This document shows positions 25,980 through 34,900 of a DNA stretch of 34,900 nucleotides, in pieces. The translations under genes were made by a program, and so were the position numbers. Numbering within the stretch: the stretch's first letter is position 1; each line of letters opens with the position of its first letter. The stretch comes from a virus (Duplodnaviria; Caudoviricetes), in the IMG/VR virus record IMGVR_UViG_3300027752_001914, positions 1 through 34,900 of that record, one strand, 5' to 3'. Under the pieces are notes generated by a model that saw only the letters and a program-made list of their open reading frames with translations, was not told the origin of the DNA and did no database searches.

Positions 25980-28900
25980 TCAACTGGATCCACCTTGGAC
26001 TTCTGATACAAATTCTCTTGCATATAGCATTTGACTTATAATTGTGCCCTGTATTGCTGTAAGATTTCCGTTTGCATCTTTACCATCAAAGCTAGTAACT
26101 CTTGGTAAATTTAAATATCCTTCAGTTGTTGTTGATATTTCGTTTGTATCAGTTCCTACTTTTACTGTACCTGCAACAATTCCGTTTGTTTCTAAATCAG
26201 AACCACCAACTGATAATCTATCAGCTAAGAATGTTGCCACAGCTTTTTGCGTAGGAATAATATTGTTTGAATCAGCACTAAATGTTCCGTCAGTACTAAA
26301 TTCGTTAATTACCGCACCTGAACCACCAAGTCTAACACCACCTAATGCTAACTGGCTTAGACCGTCTAAGTCAAAGAACTCAGCACTAATTGTTACAATA
26401 CCAGTTGCCTGTTGTACACTAAACAATTCACCTGCTCTAAAGTTACCGTCTTGGTCTGTACTTACGTAGAATACTCTACCACCATTAAGTTCTTCAACTT
26501 CGTTTTCTGGCGCACTTGTAAAGAATGACCCACCAGCATACAATGTTGGATAGTTTGTTTCTTCAAAGTTACCTGTGCCAATATCTAAGAAATCGTGTCC
26601 TGTAATTCTACACTGACTGTATCCACTTCTAAGTGTTACTGCTGTACCGTGTAACACATTATTTTCATTGCGTAGTCTTGGTGTAATTGTAAATTTTATA
26701 GTCCTTGTTCCATTACCAGAACCGTCATCGCCTAAGTCTGTGATACCTACACCTGTATAAAGTGCTAAGTCTGCTGGATCTTCAGTGAGTACGTTTAGTA
26801 GTGTTGCAAATCTAATTTGAACACCTGGACCTGGTACAACATTTACGCCGTCAAGTACTACTACATTTGTTTCTGGGATAATATCAGCGTATCCGTCACC
26901 TGCTATAGTAATAGTTGAACTACTCGATCTATAACCTGCACCCCTGTCAATAAAGGATGGTTGTGATAATACTCCATTTCCGTAACGCATATCTACTTCT
27001 AGAGCTGTAACAAATGTTGTGTCAACAAAAGTTAAGTTACATGGATTTGTATCTGAATATCCACTGCCTGGATCCCATATTGTAATATGCTTAAACGCAC
27101 CCTGGAATACATTTGCTTTAAACTTAGCACGTTTTCCAGCATTCATAATAGCTAAAGCGTTAGATGATGTTCCGTCACCAAATGCAATAAATGTACCTAC
27201 CGATCCCGGATTACAGAATAGTAACGTACTATATAATCTTGCATTGCTATTCATATTACGTTCTGTCCAAATTAACCCATCTTCAGTTGTAGCACAACGA
27301 TCAGTTTCATCTGCACTAGGAGACGGCGCACCTGTTCCAACAACTGACTTATCGCCAATTGCCATAAACACACCTTGCCCGTATATAAAATCTTTAATTT
27401 GTATGTCTTGACTATCAAGTTGTGGAATCTGTGTTCCTAATTTAAATGTTTGACCTCTATCCAAACTATAAACAGTTTTACCACTAAATGTTACTCCAAT
27501 AAATCTATTGTCTCCGTATGCAAATCCTGCAAAATCGTATTCGCCTGCTGGTAACGCATTTAAATATAATGTCCAGGCTGAGCCATTTGTAGTTACAGCT
27601 GATTGCTGATCACTTCCTGATAACACAACAAATTGTCCTGCACCATATTCAACTTTTTGCCACTGTGCTGTTGTAGAATCATCACTGTTAGGTATAGTTC
27701 CTGAAGTCCAAGTAAGTCCATCTGTACTAGTTGCAACAGCATTGCTTCCTTCTGCAATAATTAAAAACCGCCCATTACCAAATGCAATATCAGTCCAGTT
27801 ATCTGTTCCAGGTAAAGCTCGTTCAATCCAAGTCTCACCATCATATGAAAATGCGACATTACTAGCATTATTTTGTAATGCTACATATCCATCTTGTCCT
27901 GCAACAATTTTCCTCCAGTCACCCACACTTGGTAAAAGACCTTCTGTCCAAGTTGCACCATCATCTGAATATGCTGTAAAGTTGGGATCTGCTATTGCAA
28001 CAGCTCTTTTACCTCGAGTTATTCCTTTAGAACTAAATGTTATAATTGCATTTGTACTATCATCTGATACTGTTAATACTTCTATTTCAATATCGTTAGC
28101 AGGAGTAACTCCGCCTACTGATGTACCTAAAATTGTAAGTTTATCTCCTACCGCATAACCTGCGCCAGCACCTACTTTAGTTAAATTATATGATTGTCCT
28201 TTGCGTTCAACGTTAAATCTAGCTGCAACAGCTTCATCGTCGAATGTTTCACCTGTTCCAATTCCTATAGTTATATTTGTATAAACAACAGTTTGATAAC
28301 CCCAAGTTGCACCCAACCAAGTTCTTGCTGCTGGTACGTTTCCACTAACGGCTGTAAATGTTGGAGCATTTGCAATAATACTTGCTTCAATTCTATAATT
28401 AGTTGTTGAATCAAAATCAGACACTAAGTCAGTTCCAGGAATAATATGATCCCATCCTGCTGTACCATCTGATTCTTTTGTTACTGTTGTGTCTCTAGTT
28501 ACACTATTAAATACGTTAGCTTGGGCATATTGGCCAGCGCCTTTTCCACTAGTAATAATTACACGCATGTCTTGTATATCACTTGTAAACTGTGTTGGAT
28601 CGTTAGCGTTTAATCTTATAGTGCTTGTTGCATCTACTGTAATCTGTGCGCTACTTGCTATAACCTTAAATCCACTACCGCCTTCTGTTCCTGAGCCTTT
28701 TGTATTAACAAGTCTTGGTTCAAATACTCCACCGTCTCTAAAATCAACAAACTCAACGGTTGCATTGTCGCCTGCACCTATAATAGTTGCTGTTGCGTTT
28801 GTATATTGTTCCCCAGTGTTTTCATATTGGAATAAAAATAATTCATCAGCAACACCGCCAGCAAACGCACTATCAACAATTGCTTCATTTATATTTCTAT

Positions 28901-31562
28901 TGTTTACTGTACCTGCATCTGGTGTTTCTAAAGGATCGTTACCATCAGCTACTGATCCAAAACTACCATACGAGTTGTTACCGTTAGTAGCACGTATAAC
29001 TCCGCCAGCTTCAGCTAGATATCCAACTGCACAATAGTATGTAAACACCGACACAAGCTCAGCTCGTGCATTGTTTAAAATATGTGCGCCAATTCCGTCA
29101 CTTAGTACTTGTGTAAAGTCATTCGATGTTATAGACTTATTACCACCGTTGTGCAATGCACCATCTACTTTTTGACCATAACAGCGGTCACCAATGTTTG
29201 TTACACCCTGAATGTACGGTGATCGATTTGCAATCCATACACGCTCATCTGCTGGTCCCCAACCTGGATCAAGTGCAACACATGCACCGCCTGTTGGTCT
29301 TTGATAAATGTCATATACTCCTGGAGGGTTAAGTCCGCCTGTAAGTCCTTCAATAGTACACTGACGCAAACCTGTTGTGTCTCTTACTAAGAACATATCA
29401 GTTGTACCTGAGCCTGTAATAGCTCTAGCATATCTGTTAGCTGCATTTATTGTTCCGTATGTTCCAGGATAATCTATATCTCTTATCATTGCTCGTATAA
29501 AACTTTGTATGTCATTTCTAATACGTAATAAGTCACCGGTAAAATCTGGAAATACATTTGCAATATATCCAAAACAATCTTGTACAATATATTCTTGATT
29601 TTGTTTAATTATAGCGGCTGCATATGTTAAACCGGTATCTGTACTTTTTGTGTTAGTGCCACTCATTGCAGGATTAGTAGCGCCACTTGCTGATAAGAAT
29701 TCAACTCTGTTAAAGTAATCTAACTTACGCTGTGTCATTAATACATATGCATCGTTAGATCCTACTGGTAAGTTTCTTTTTTGTTCAATAGTATTTCCGC
29801 TTTGTGAAACTACTTGTACGTTTACTATAATTTTCTGTGCTATACTTAGGAAGTGTGAAATAATATTATTATGGAATGCCGTGTCGTTTTGATAATCTGC
29901 CATAGGACCTGTAGCTGCAATAGTTGTTGCACGTAATTCGTCTCCCATTACAACACATCCTGCCGGTACACTAATAGGTCCAATTTCTTCAAATCTACCT
30001 GTTGATACAAAAACCTTAGTTGGCACTAGTGCATTAAAGTTATCTTCAATCCATTCACATGCATGTCGCACTGTACGGAAAGGAGTCTCTGGCTCTCTGC
30101 CATATGTCTCTTGGTCTTTGCCGTTTAGTCCAACATATACAACTTGATTTTCAAAATCTCTGTTACGCCAAAATACTTCTTGTTCAGCTGTAATACTTAA
30201 AAGCTGGTTTGTTTCACCAACTGGTATTCTTGAGTCTCCAAGTGTACTGTCGTCTTCGTAGTTGTCTTTTCTCCAGGCGCCGTATGTAAGTAAGTCGCCC
30301 TTTTTAGTCAATGCTGCTTGCTGTCCTGCTTGTACTGTTAGGTCCCAATAGTTATAAATTCCTACAGCAAAATCACCAGGTGCGTTCTCAAAATTTGATG
30401 AATGCTCAAAGTTACATGTGTACGTACTACCTAAATGATAGATTACATCACCTCTTGAGTAATAACTTAAAGTTCCCCAAGTACTGTTCCATTTTTGACC
30501 CTTAGTAAGTAAGTTCCATACTTCTGGATCAAGGTCTGTACTTGCACTATCTTTTCCGTCTTGTAATCCTACATCTCTTACTGCTTCATACAAATAACCA
30601 CCACGCTGTACAATGTCGCCTGCTTGATATTCATTTCCTAATAACCAGTCTCCAGCAAAGTCGTTGCTTTTAGCTAATACTCTCCAGTTAATTGTAGAGT
30701 CACCGCCTAAGTCTTGTGATACAACTTTGCCTTGTGCATCAAGAACAGTAACCAAACTTGGTTGGCTGTCTTGGTTGTTGTTTATTGCACTGTATAAAAA
30801 TCCGCCATACCTTACAATGTCACCTGTTGAATAAACTACTAATGAATCCCAATCTGCTTTAAACGAAGTTCCTGGAAAGGAAATTGTAAAGTTTGTATTA
30901 TCAATTGAATTACCTGCTGATGTATGTGTAGTATTACATTCGTAAATTGCTCCACCAAATGATACTGTATCGTTAACTCTATAAACTGTGTTAGTTAACC
31001 AAGCACTACGCCATTCTTTTCCAGGATGAAAAATATCCCAGCAATTAAAATTAGGATTAGCATCAATATTTTCTTCAAGTGTTGAGCCTGCATCGTGTGC
31101 AAGTTTACAACGATATACTATACCGTTATATTTTACTAATGCGCCTTCGCCGTATCCTGTACCAGAAACCCAATTACCTACAAAGTCTATGCCGTCTCCA
31201 AAGTCTTCCCAGTTAGTTAACTGTGTTGCAAAGTTAGTAGAAGTATGTGGTATTTTACATAAATGTAATTTACCGTTGAATAAAACTATTTCACCTGGGA
31301 CGTATTCAACACCAATAGTATAATTGCCGCTAAACGTTTTACTACTAGTCATTACGACCCAATACGGTGCAGGTGCAGGTGGATTAGATCCTGGAAGTAT
31401 TCTTGCTAATTCGTTTGCAAATTCTGTACTTGAAGAATGACTTACAATACAAACATAACTTTTACCGCCGTTGTAAACAATGTCATCTTTTAAGTATTCA
31501 GTACTTATAGCCCACTGGCCTTTCCATGTATACTTAAATCTGTCTAACTTAAATTCTGCCAT
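25980..31562 (-). CDS. Giant virion structural protein (1860 aa): seven CBM5/12-like repeats, beta-helix and BNR propeller
   Basis: MAEFKLDRF start, Trp/Tyr repeats, VYVGLNG..PFRTVRHA..TGRFEE..VMGDELR, and YSDDGATW/STDGLTW Asp-boxes. Confidence 0.8.
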   Translation of the reverse strand: MAEFKLDRFKYTWKGQWAISTEYLKDDIVYNGGKSYVCIVSHSSSTEFANELARILPGSNPPAPAPYWVVMTSSKTFSGNYTIGVEYVPGEIVLFNGKLHLCKIPHTSTNFATQLTNWEDFGDGIDFVGNWVSGTGYGEGALVKYNGIVYRCKLAHDAGSTLEENIDANPNFNCWDIFHPGKEWRSAWLTNTVYRVNDTVSFGGAIYECNTTHTSAGNSIDNTNFTISFPGTSFKADWDSLVVYSTGDIVRYGGFLYSAINNNQDSQPSLVTVLDAQGKVVSQDLGGDSTINWRVLAKSNDFAGDWLLGNEYQAGDIVQRGGYLYEAVRDVGLQDGKDSASTDLDPEVWNLLTKGQKWNSTWGTLSYYSRGDVIYHLGSTYTCNFEHSSNFENAPGDFAVGIYNYWDLTVQAGQQAALTKKGDLLTYGAWRKDNYEDDSTLGDSRIPVGETNQLLSITAEQEVFWRNRDFENQVVYVGLNGKDQETYGREPETPFRTVRHACEWIEDNFNALVPTKVFVSTGRFEEIGPISVPAGCVVMGDELRATTIAATGPMADYQNDTAFHNNIISHFLSIAQKIIVNVQVVSQSGNTIEQKRNLPVGSNDAYVLMTQRKLDYFNRVEFLSASGATNPAMSGTNTKSTDTGLTYAAAIIKQNQEYIVQDCFGYIANVFPDFTGDLLRIRNDIQSFIRAMIRDIDYPGTYGTINAANRYARAITGSGTTDMFLVRDTTGLRQCTIEGLTGGLNPPGVYDIYQRPTGGACVALDPGWGPADERVWIANRSPYIQGVTNIGDRCYGQKVDGALHNGGNKSITSNDFTQVLSDGIGAHILNNARAELVSVFTYYCAVGYLAEAGGVIRATNGNNSYGSFGSVADGNDPLETPDAGTVNNRNINEAIVDSAFAGGVADELFLFQYENTGEQYTNATATIIGAGDNATVEFVDFRDGGVFEPRLVNTKGSGTEGGSGFKVIASSAQITVDATSTIRLNANDPTQFTSDIQDMRVIITSGKGAGQYAQANVFNSVTRDTTVTKESDGTAGWDHIIPGTDLVSDFDSTTNYRIEASIIANAPTFTAVSGNVPAARTWLGATWGYQTVVYTNITIGIGTGETFDDEAVAARFNVERKGQSYNLTKVGAGAGYAVGDKLTILGTSVGGVTPANDIEIEVLTVSDDSTNAIITFSSKGITRGKRAVAIADPNFTAYSDDGATWTEGLLPSVGDWRKIVAGQDGYVALQNNASNVAFSYDGETWIERALPGTDNWTDIAFGNGRFLIIAEGSNAVATSTDGLTWTSGTIPNSDDSTTAQWQKVEYGAGQFVVLSGSDQQSAVTTNGSAWTLYLNALPAGEYDFAGFAYGDNRFIGVTFSGKTVYSLDRGQTFKLGTQIPQLDSQDIQIKDFIYGQGVFMAIGDKSVVGTGAPSPSADETDRCATTEDGLIWTERNMNSNARLYSTLLFCNPGSVGTFIAFGDGTSSNALAIMNAGKRAKFKANVFQGAFKHITIWDPGSGYSDTNPCNLTFVDTTFVTALEVDMRYGNGVLSQPSFIDRGAGYRSSSSTITIAGDGYADIIPETNVVVLDGVNVVPGPGVQIRFATLLNVLTEDPADLALYTGVGITDLGDDGSGNGTRTIKFTITPRLRNENNVLHGTAVTLRSGYSQCRITGHDFLDIGTGNFEETNYPTLYAGGSFFTSAPENEVEELNGGRVFYVSTDQDGNFRAGELFSVQQATGIVTISAEFFDLDGLSQLALGGVRLGGSGAVINEFSTDGTFSADSNNIIPTQKAVATFLADRLSVGGSDLETNGIVAGTVKVGTDTNEISTTTEGYLNLPRVTSFDGKDANGNLTAIQGTIISQMLYAREFVSEVQGGSS

Positions 31563-31563
31563 C

Positions 31564-31998
31564 TTAGTATCCTATCTGTTCGCTACTTGAGTTTACAAGC
31601 ACTAGTGAATCATCGCCTGATCCATATCCCGGAGAACTATTTTTATCTGGGTATGTATATGCTTCTGAAATTCTTTGTATAAAAAATCCTGTTGATTCTT
31701 CAATATAATATAACAAACTTCTGTTTTCCCATTTAAATTGTTGGTAACGCAAGTTTGGATATAATTGTTCGTGGTCAATATCAATGCCATCTAAGAAATC
31801 AATACCTTCTTCAAAATCCGGATAGTTCTCTGATGCAACACCTAAGTCGTTAACAATAACGACATTCTCTTGACCAAGTCTTAATTGATCAAGTTGTTGT
31901 AAAAATAATTCGCCGTCATCGTTCCTACGTAAACCGTAAAAATATCTTTTGATAAATCCTGCTGCTACGTCACTTGGTGTTGTTCCTATATAATACAT
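31564..31998 (-). CDS. Hypothetical protein in the structural block (144 aa)
   Basis: ORF coupled by a TAATG overlap to the upstream gene; contains YFYGLRR.DDGELFL. Confidence 0.7.
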   Translation of the reverse strand: MYYIGTTPSDVAAGFIKRYFYGLRRNDDGELFLQQLDQLRLGQENVVIVNDLGVASENYPDFEEGIDFLDGIDIDHEQLYPNLRYQQFKWENRSLLYYIEESTGFFIQRISEAYTYPDKNSSPGYGSGDDSLVLVNSSSEQIGY

Positions 31999-32327
31999 TA
32001 TGTAATCTCCACGTAACTAATAATAACGTCTACTGAGTCATCAAGTGTTGCTGATACATACATTGCATTACTAGTTGCCAATATTAATTTTTCGCCCGAG
32101 GATACAGCACGTAAACTTGTGCCTGAAGGAAGAATAGAATCTTTTAAATAAAATCCTCTTGCACTATCCTGGCTTTGTAGTTCTACGTTAACATACACAA
32201 ACTTATCAGTAAGATTGGTAAAACTTAATCCAATTACTGTTGCTCGTGTAGCACCATTAGTTTCAATAACTTTTACTGGTGTTGTTCCTACGTTTTTTAC
32301 TACTTCATTTCTAAAAAAGGTTGCCAT
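31998..32327 (-). CDS. Small putative virion protein (109 aa)
   Basis: MATFFRN...ATVIGLSFTN...DVIISYVEIT; resembles 16345..16665. Confidence 0.65.
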   Translation of the reverse strand: MATFFRNEVVKNVGTTPVKVIETNGATRATVIGLSFTNLTDKFVYVNVELQSQDSARGFYLKDSILPSGTSLRAVSSGEKLILATSNAMYVSATLDDSVDVIISYVEIT

Positions 32328-32337
32328 TTATATTTCC

Positions 32338-34900
32338 TTATCCCATAAATAAAACATTTTCAATTGCAATGTTTGTTGCGTCGATTGCACTAACCGCTCC
32401 GCTCAAACCTGCTACACTAGTCCATATACTACCATCATAAACTTCAACTCTAAGATCAGCTGTGTTAAAACGTATCATACCTTGTGCAGGTATTGCTGGT
32501 CTATTTAATGATGTTCCTGTTGGTATAACTAATCCGTATGTTCCGTCAAACTTATAATACGCATTAATTCCAGTTTTTTGGAACTCCATTATGCCTTGAG
32601 GTACTGTATGTGTTATAGTGTTGTCGTTGATAGAAAAGTTATCAATTACAACTGAGCCTGTTCCGTTGGGCGACATAATTAAATCTAAATCTCCCGACGT
32701 TGTATTTATCGTATTACCGTCCAGCTGTATATTATCTACATCAACCCTATTAACATTTAATCCACCTGCATCTACACTACCTATAACAGCATCTTGTACG
32801 TAGAATCTAATAATATCATCATCAGCACCTTCTGTTAATTCAGCTGTTATTCTAGTGTCGCCATCTATATCTTCTACACCCTTTAGGTTAATCCAGTTAG
32901 TTCCGTTATATCCTTCAAATCTTGTTAAATCAGTATTATAACGAAACTGTCCAGCTGCTCCTGCAGGACGTTGTACGGTTGTACCCGCAGGCATCTTAAT
33001 AGCGCCAGTTGATATAATATTTAATTGCTCACTACCTGGTTCAAGTACCATGTCACCAGTAGTTGAAATGTTATTTGATTCAAATGTAAATCCTTCAGCT
33101 ACAACACTACCTGTGCCGTTAGCACGTAATTCTAAATCAGCATTAGATGAAGTAGTTGTAACTACGTTTGTATTAATGTTTATATCATCAACTTGTAATT
33201 CTGATACCCAAAGTTTTGACCATGAATTTGTACTAGTTCCTAAACTAAATGTGCTTGTGCTACTAGGTACTAAGTTACTATTAATACCTGCTACAATTTG
33301 TATACTATCAGTTCCTTCGTCGCCAATTGTAACATTGCCGCCTATTGTAACATTTCCGCTAACATCTAAGTTACCAGTAATGTCAACATTGTCTAATAAG
33401 TTAATTGCGCCGCTACTACTATTAAAATTAATTGCGCCAACAGTACTCGATAATGTGTTACCAGTTAATCTTAAATTACCAACATCAATACGTGATCCGT
33501 TTATAAACGAAGTATCACTGCCTGTTGTAAATGTTGCACCTGTTGTTAAATCAACATTTAGTGCGTTTGCTGTAAAACTTACTGTTCCAGCATCTTGATT
33601 TACATAAAATAATTCACCAACTCTAAAATCGCCTTTGTGGTCAACTGAGTTATATCTTACTTTTGCATTGTCTAATTCAACAACTTCGTTTGCTTGTATT
33701 ACTGTTCCAGGATCGTTTGTAACTTCTTTTCCGTTACCAATGTATGCTAAATTTTGTCCTATTGCATATACAATAACACCTGGGCCATCTCCGTAGATGC
33801 CAAAGTTGCCATATACACACGCAGAACCAATCATTCTTATTTCTGCACCAAAGTCTGCTAAATCTACATTTTCTATTACTGTTGCTGTTGCTCCTGAACC
33901 GTTTGAAATACTTTGCGGAGTTGTATCAAAACCAAAGAAGTTTGTATTCTTTCCATCAATAACAAGTATATCATTATCAACACTTTCAACAGTTACACTT
34001 TGAACAGTACTTGCATCAGCTGATGTAAATACTACTGTGTTACCTGCGGCAAATGTACCTGTTATTCCGCTAAGTCTAATACGTGTTTTACCATCGCTCT
34101 TTATACCTTCATTACTATCAAATGCATATATTCCGCGATTAGCAAAATATGTAAATGAATTTAACCATTCTATTCTAGCACCGTTTGTTGCTGTAAGTCC
34201 GTCAACCCCTGGAGTAATAAATGTACAACTATGAAATAACATACTTGCTTCTTTAGAATTTGCTGTTGCATAAGCTCCATCTACATATGGACCTTTACCA
34301 GCATCTCCTTCATTAAATCCTCTAGGATCTTCAGCAGTAATTACACTACCTTTTGTGATAGCACTTACATTTCTAATATATGGGGAACGTGTAGTTACTT
34401 CAAAATCTGTTGCAAATCGGAAAGAGTATCCGTTGTCGGGGAATGTTCTATTGCCTCCGTTACAGCTAAACACTAGTCCTTCTAGGAATACTTCAGCACC
34501 ATTAGCAGGAGCATTTCCTGAATACGTAACAGTAAGTGCTCCAGTAGTATTATTATAAGTTGCTCCTGTTACAATATGCCAAGTAGACTTTGCATCATTA
34601 GTAATTGTGCCGCCACTTACATATGCGTGTGCTTGTGGTGCTGTTCCAGCATTTACTGTTAATGTTCCGCCGCCACCGCCACCGCTTGTAATAGTAAAAT
34701 TATTACGTCCACTATAAAAATCTTTAATAGTTAAGTCTTCAACTGTACTCTCACCGTTAAGTAAAAATGCATCTTTGTAGCGTGTTGCTGTTGTAGGCTG
34801 TATTGTAACTGATCTTATACCAGATCCTTTTAGTGTTACTCCTACTGGAATAGTTAATGGAAATATTTCTGTATAAACGCCTGGAGTAATATGTACTGTA
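32338..34900 (-). CDS. Large tail fibre/baseplate-like protein with a beta-helix; start lies beyond the right edge
   Basis: The frame stays open from 34473 to the edge (TVHITPGVYTEIFPLTIPVGVTLKGSGIRSVTI..., a beta-helix first rung); also RSPYIRN, fibre-shaft repeats and two P.GT...RP...G..R(Y/F)N motifs. Confidence 0.8.
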   Translation of the reverse strand, partial: TVHITPGVYTEIFPLTIPVGVTLKGSGIRSVTIQPTTATRYKDAFLLNGESTVEDLTIKDFYSGRNNFTITSGGGGGGTLTVNAGTAPQAHAYVSGGTITNDAKSTWHIVTGATYNNTTGALTVTYSGNAPANGAEVFLEGLVFSCNGGNRTFPDNGYSFRFATDFEVTTRSPYIRNVSAITKGSVITAEDPRGFNEGDAGKGPYVDGAYATANSKEASMLFHSCTFITPGVDGLTATNGARIEWLNSFTYFANRGIYAFDSNEGIKSDGKTRIRLSGITGTFAAGNTVVFTSADASTVQSVTVESVDNDILVIDGKNTNFFGFDTTPQSISNGSGATATVIENVDLADFGAEIRMIGSACVYGNFGIYGDGPGVIVYAIGQNLAYIGNGKEVTNDPGTVIQANEVVELDNAKVRYNSVDHKGDFRVGELFYVNQDAGTVSFTANALNVDLTTGATFTTGSDTSFINGSRIDVGNLRLTGNTLSSTVGAINFNSSSGAINLLDNVDITGNLDVSGNVTIGGNVTIGDEGTDSIQIVAGINSNLVPSSTSTFSLGTSTNSWSKLWVSELQVDDININTNVVTTTSSNADLELRANGTGSVVAEGFTFESNNISTTGDMVLEPGSEQLNIISTGAIKMPAGTTVQRPAGAAGQFRYNTDLTRFEGYNGTNWINLKGVEDIDGDTRITAELTEGADDDIIRFYVQDAVIGSVDAGGLNVNRVDVDNIQLDGNTINTTSGDLDLIMSPNGTGSVVIDNFSINDNTITHTVPQGIMEFQKTGINAYYKFDGTYGLVIPTGTSLNRPAIPAQGMIRFNTADLRVEVYDGSIWTSVAGLSGAVSAIDATNIAIENVLFMG

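Noticed and set aside
16752-32710. Intragenic GATAAATA copies at about 16752 and 32703 as late promoters
   Set aside because: They lie inside coding sequence in an AT-rich genome and cannot be distinguished from chance, although the one at 16752 is plausible.
34471-34473. GTG at 34473 as the true start of the 711-aa ORF
   Set aside because: The frame is open to the window edge and encodes beta-helix motifs upstream, so the gene is truncated by the window.
787-34558. The many plus-strand ORFs and short alternative-frame minus-strand ORFs in the track
   Set aside because: All overlap long, motif-bearing minus-strand genes and have no recognisable motifs; they are shadow ORFs.
1-34900. tRNA, rRNA, CRISPR arrays, transposases or stop-codon recoding
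   Set aside because: Intergenic space is minimal, no such patterns were seen, and the genes translate full-length with the standard code.

Overview
AT-rich window from a large T4-like (myovirus-type, probably aquatic) phage genome. All convincing genes lie on the minus strand. In transcription order (right to left) there is first a late structural block: a truncated beta-helix/fibre protein, two small proteins, and a 1860-aa giant with CBM5/12-like repeats, a beta-helix and a BNR propeller. A paralogue of that giant follows, split into 746-aa and 2340-aa genes, which carries eight tandem repeats resembling the phycobiliprotein KCxRDxGY bilin-attachment helix. Then come a small fibre protein, three very Cys-rich Gly-rich paralogues and a tail-fibre chaperone. 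After a terminator and a new T4-type late promoter lies an overlapping 12-gene modification cassette: a GT9-like glycosyltransferase, a carbamoyltransferase, five 2OG-Fe(II) oxygenases, hldE, hldD, a cupin, an SGNH protein and a SAM methyltransferase, with gmhB as a 13th gene. A last late unit holds a hypothetical gene, a fibre-like protein with a cupredoxin-like site and a subtilisin-like protease that runs off the left edge. All calls come from motif recognition by eye; no searches were run and the host is unknown.
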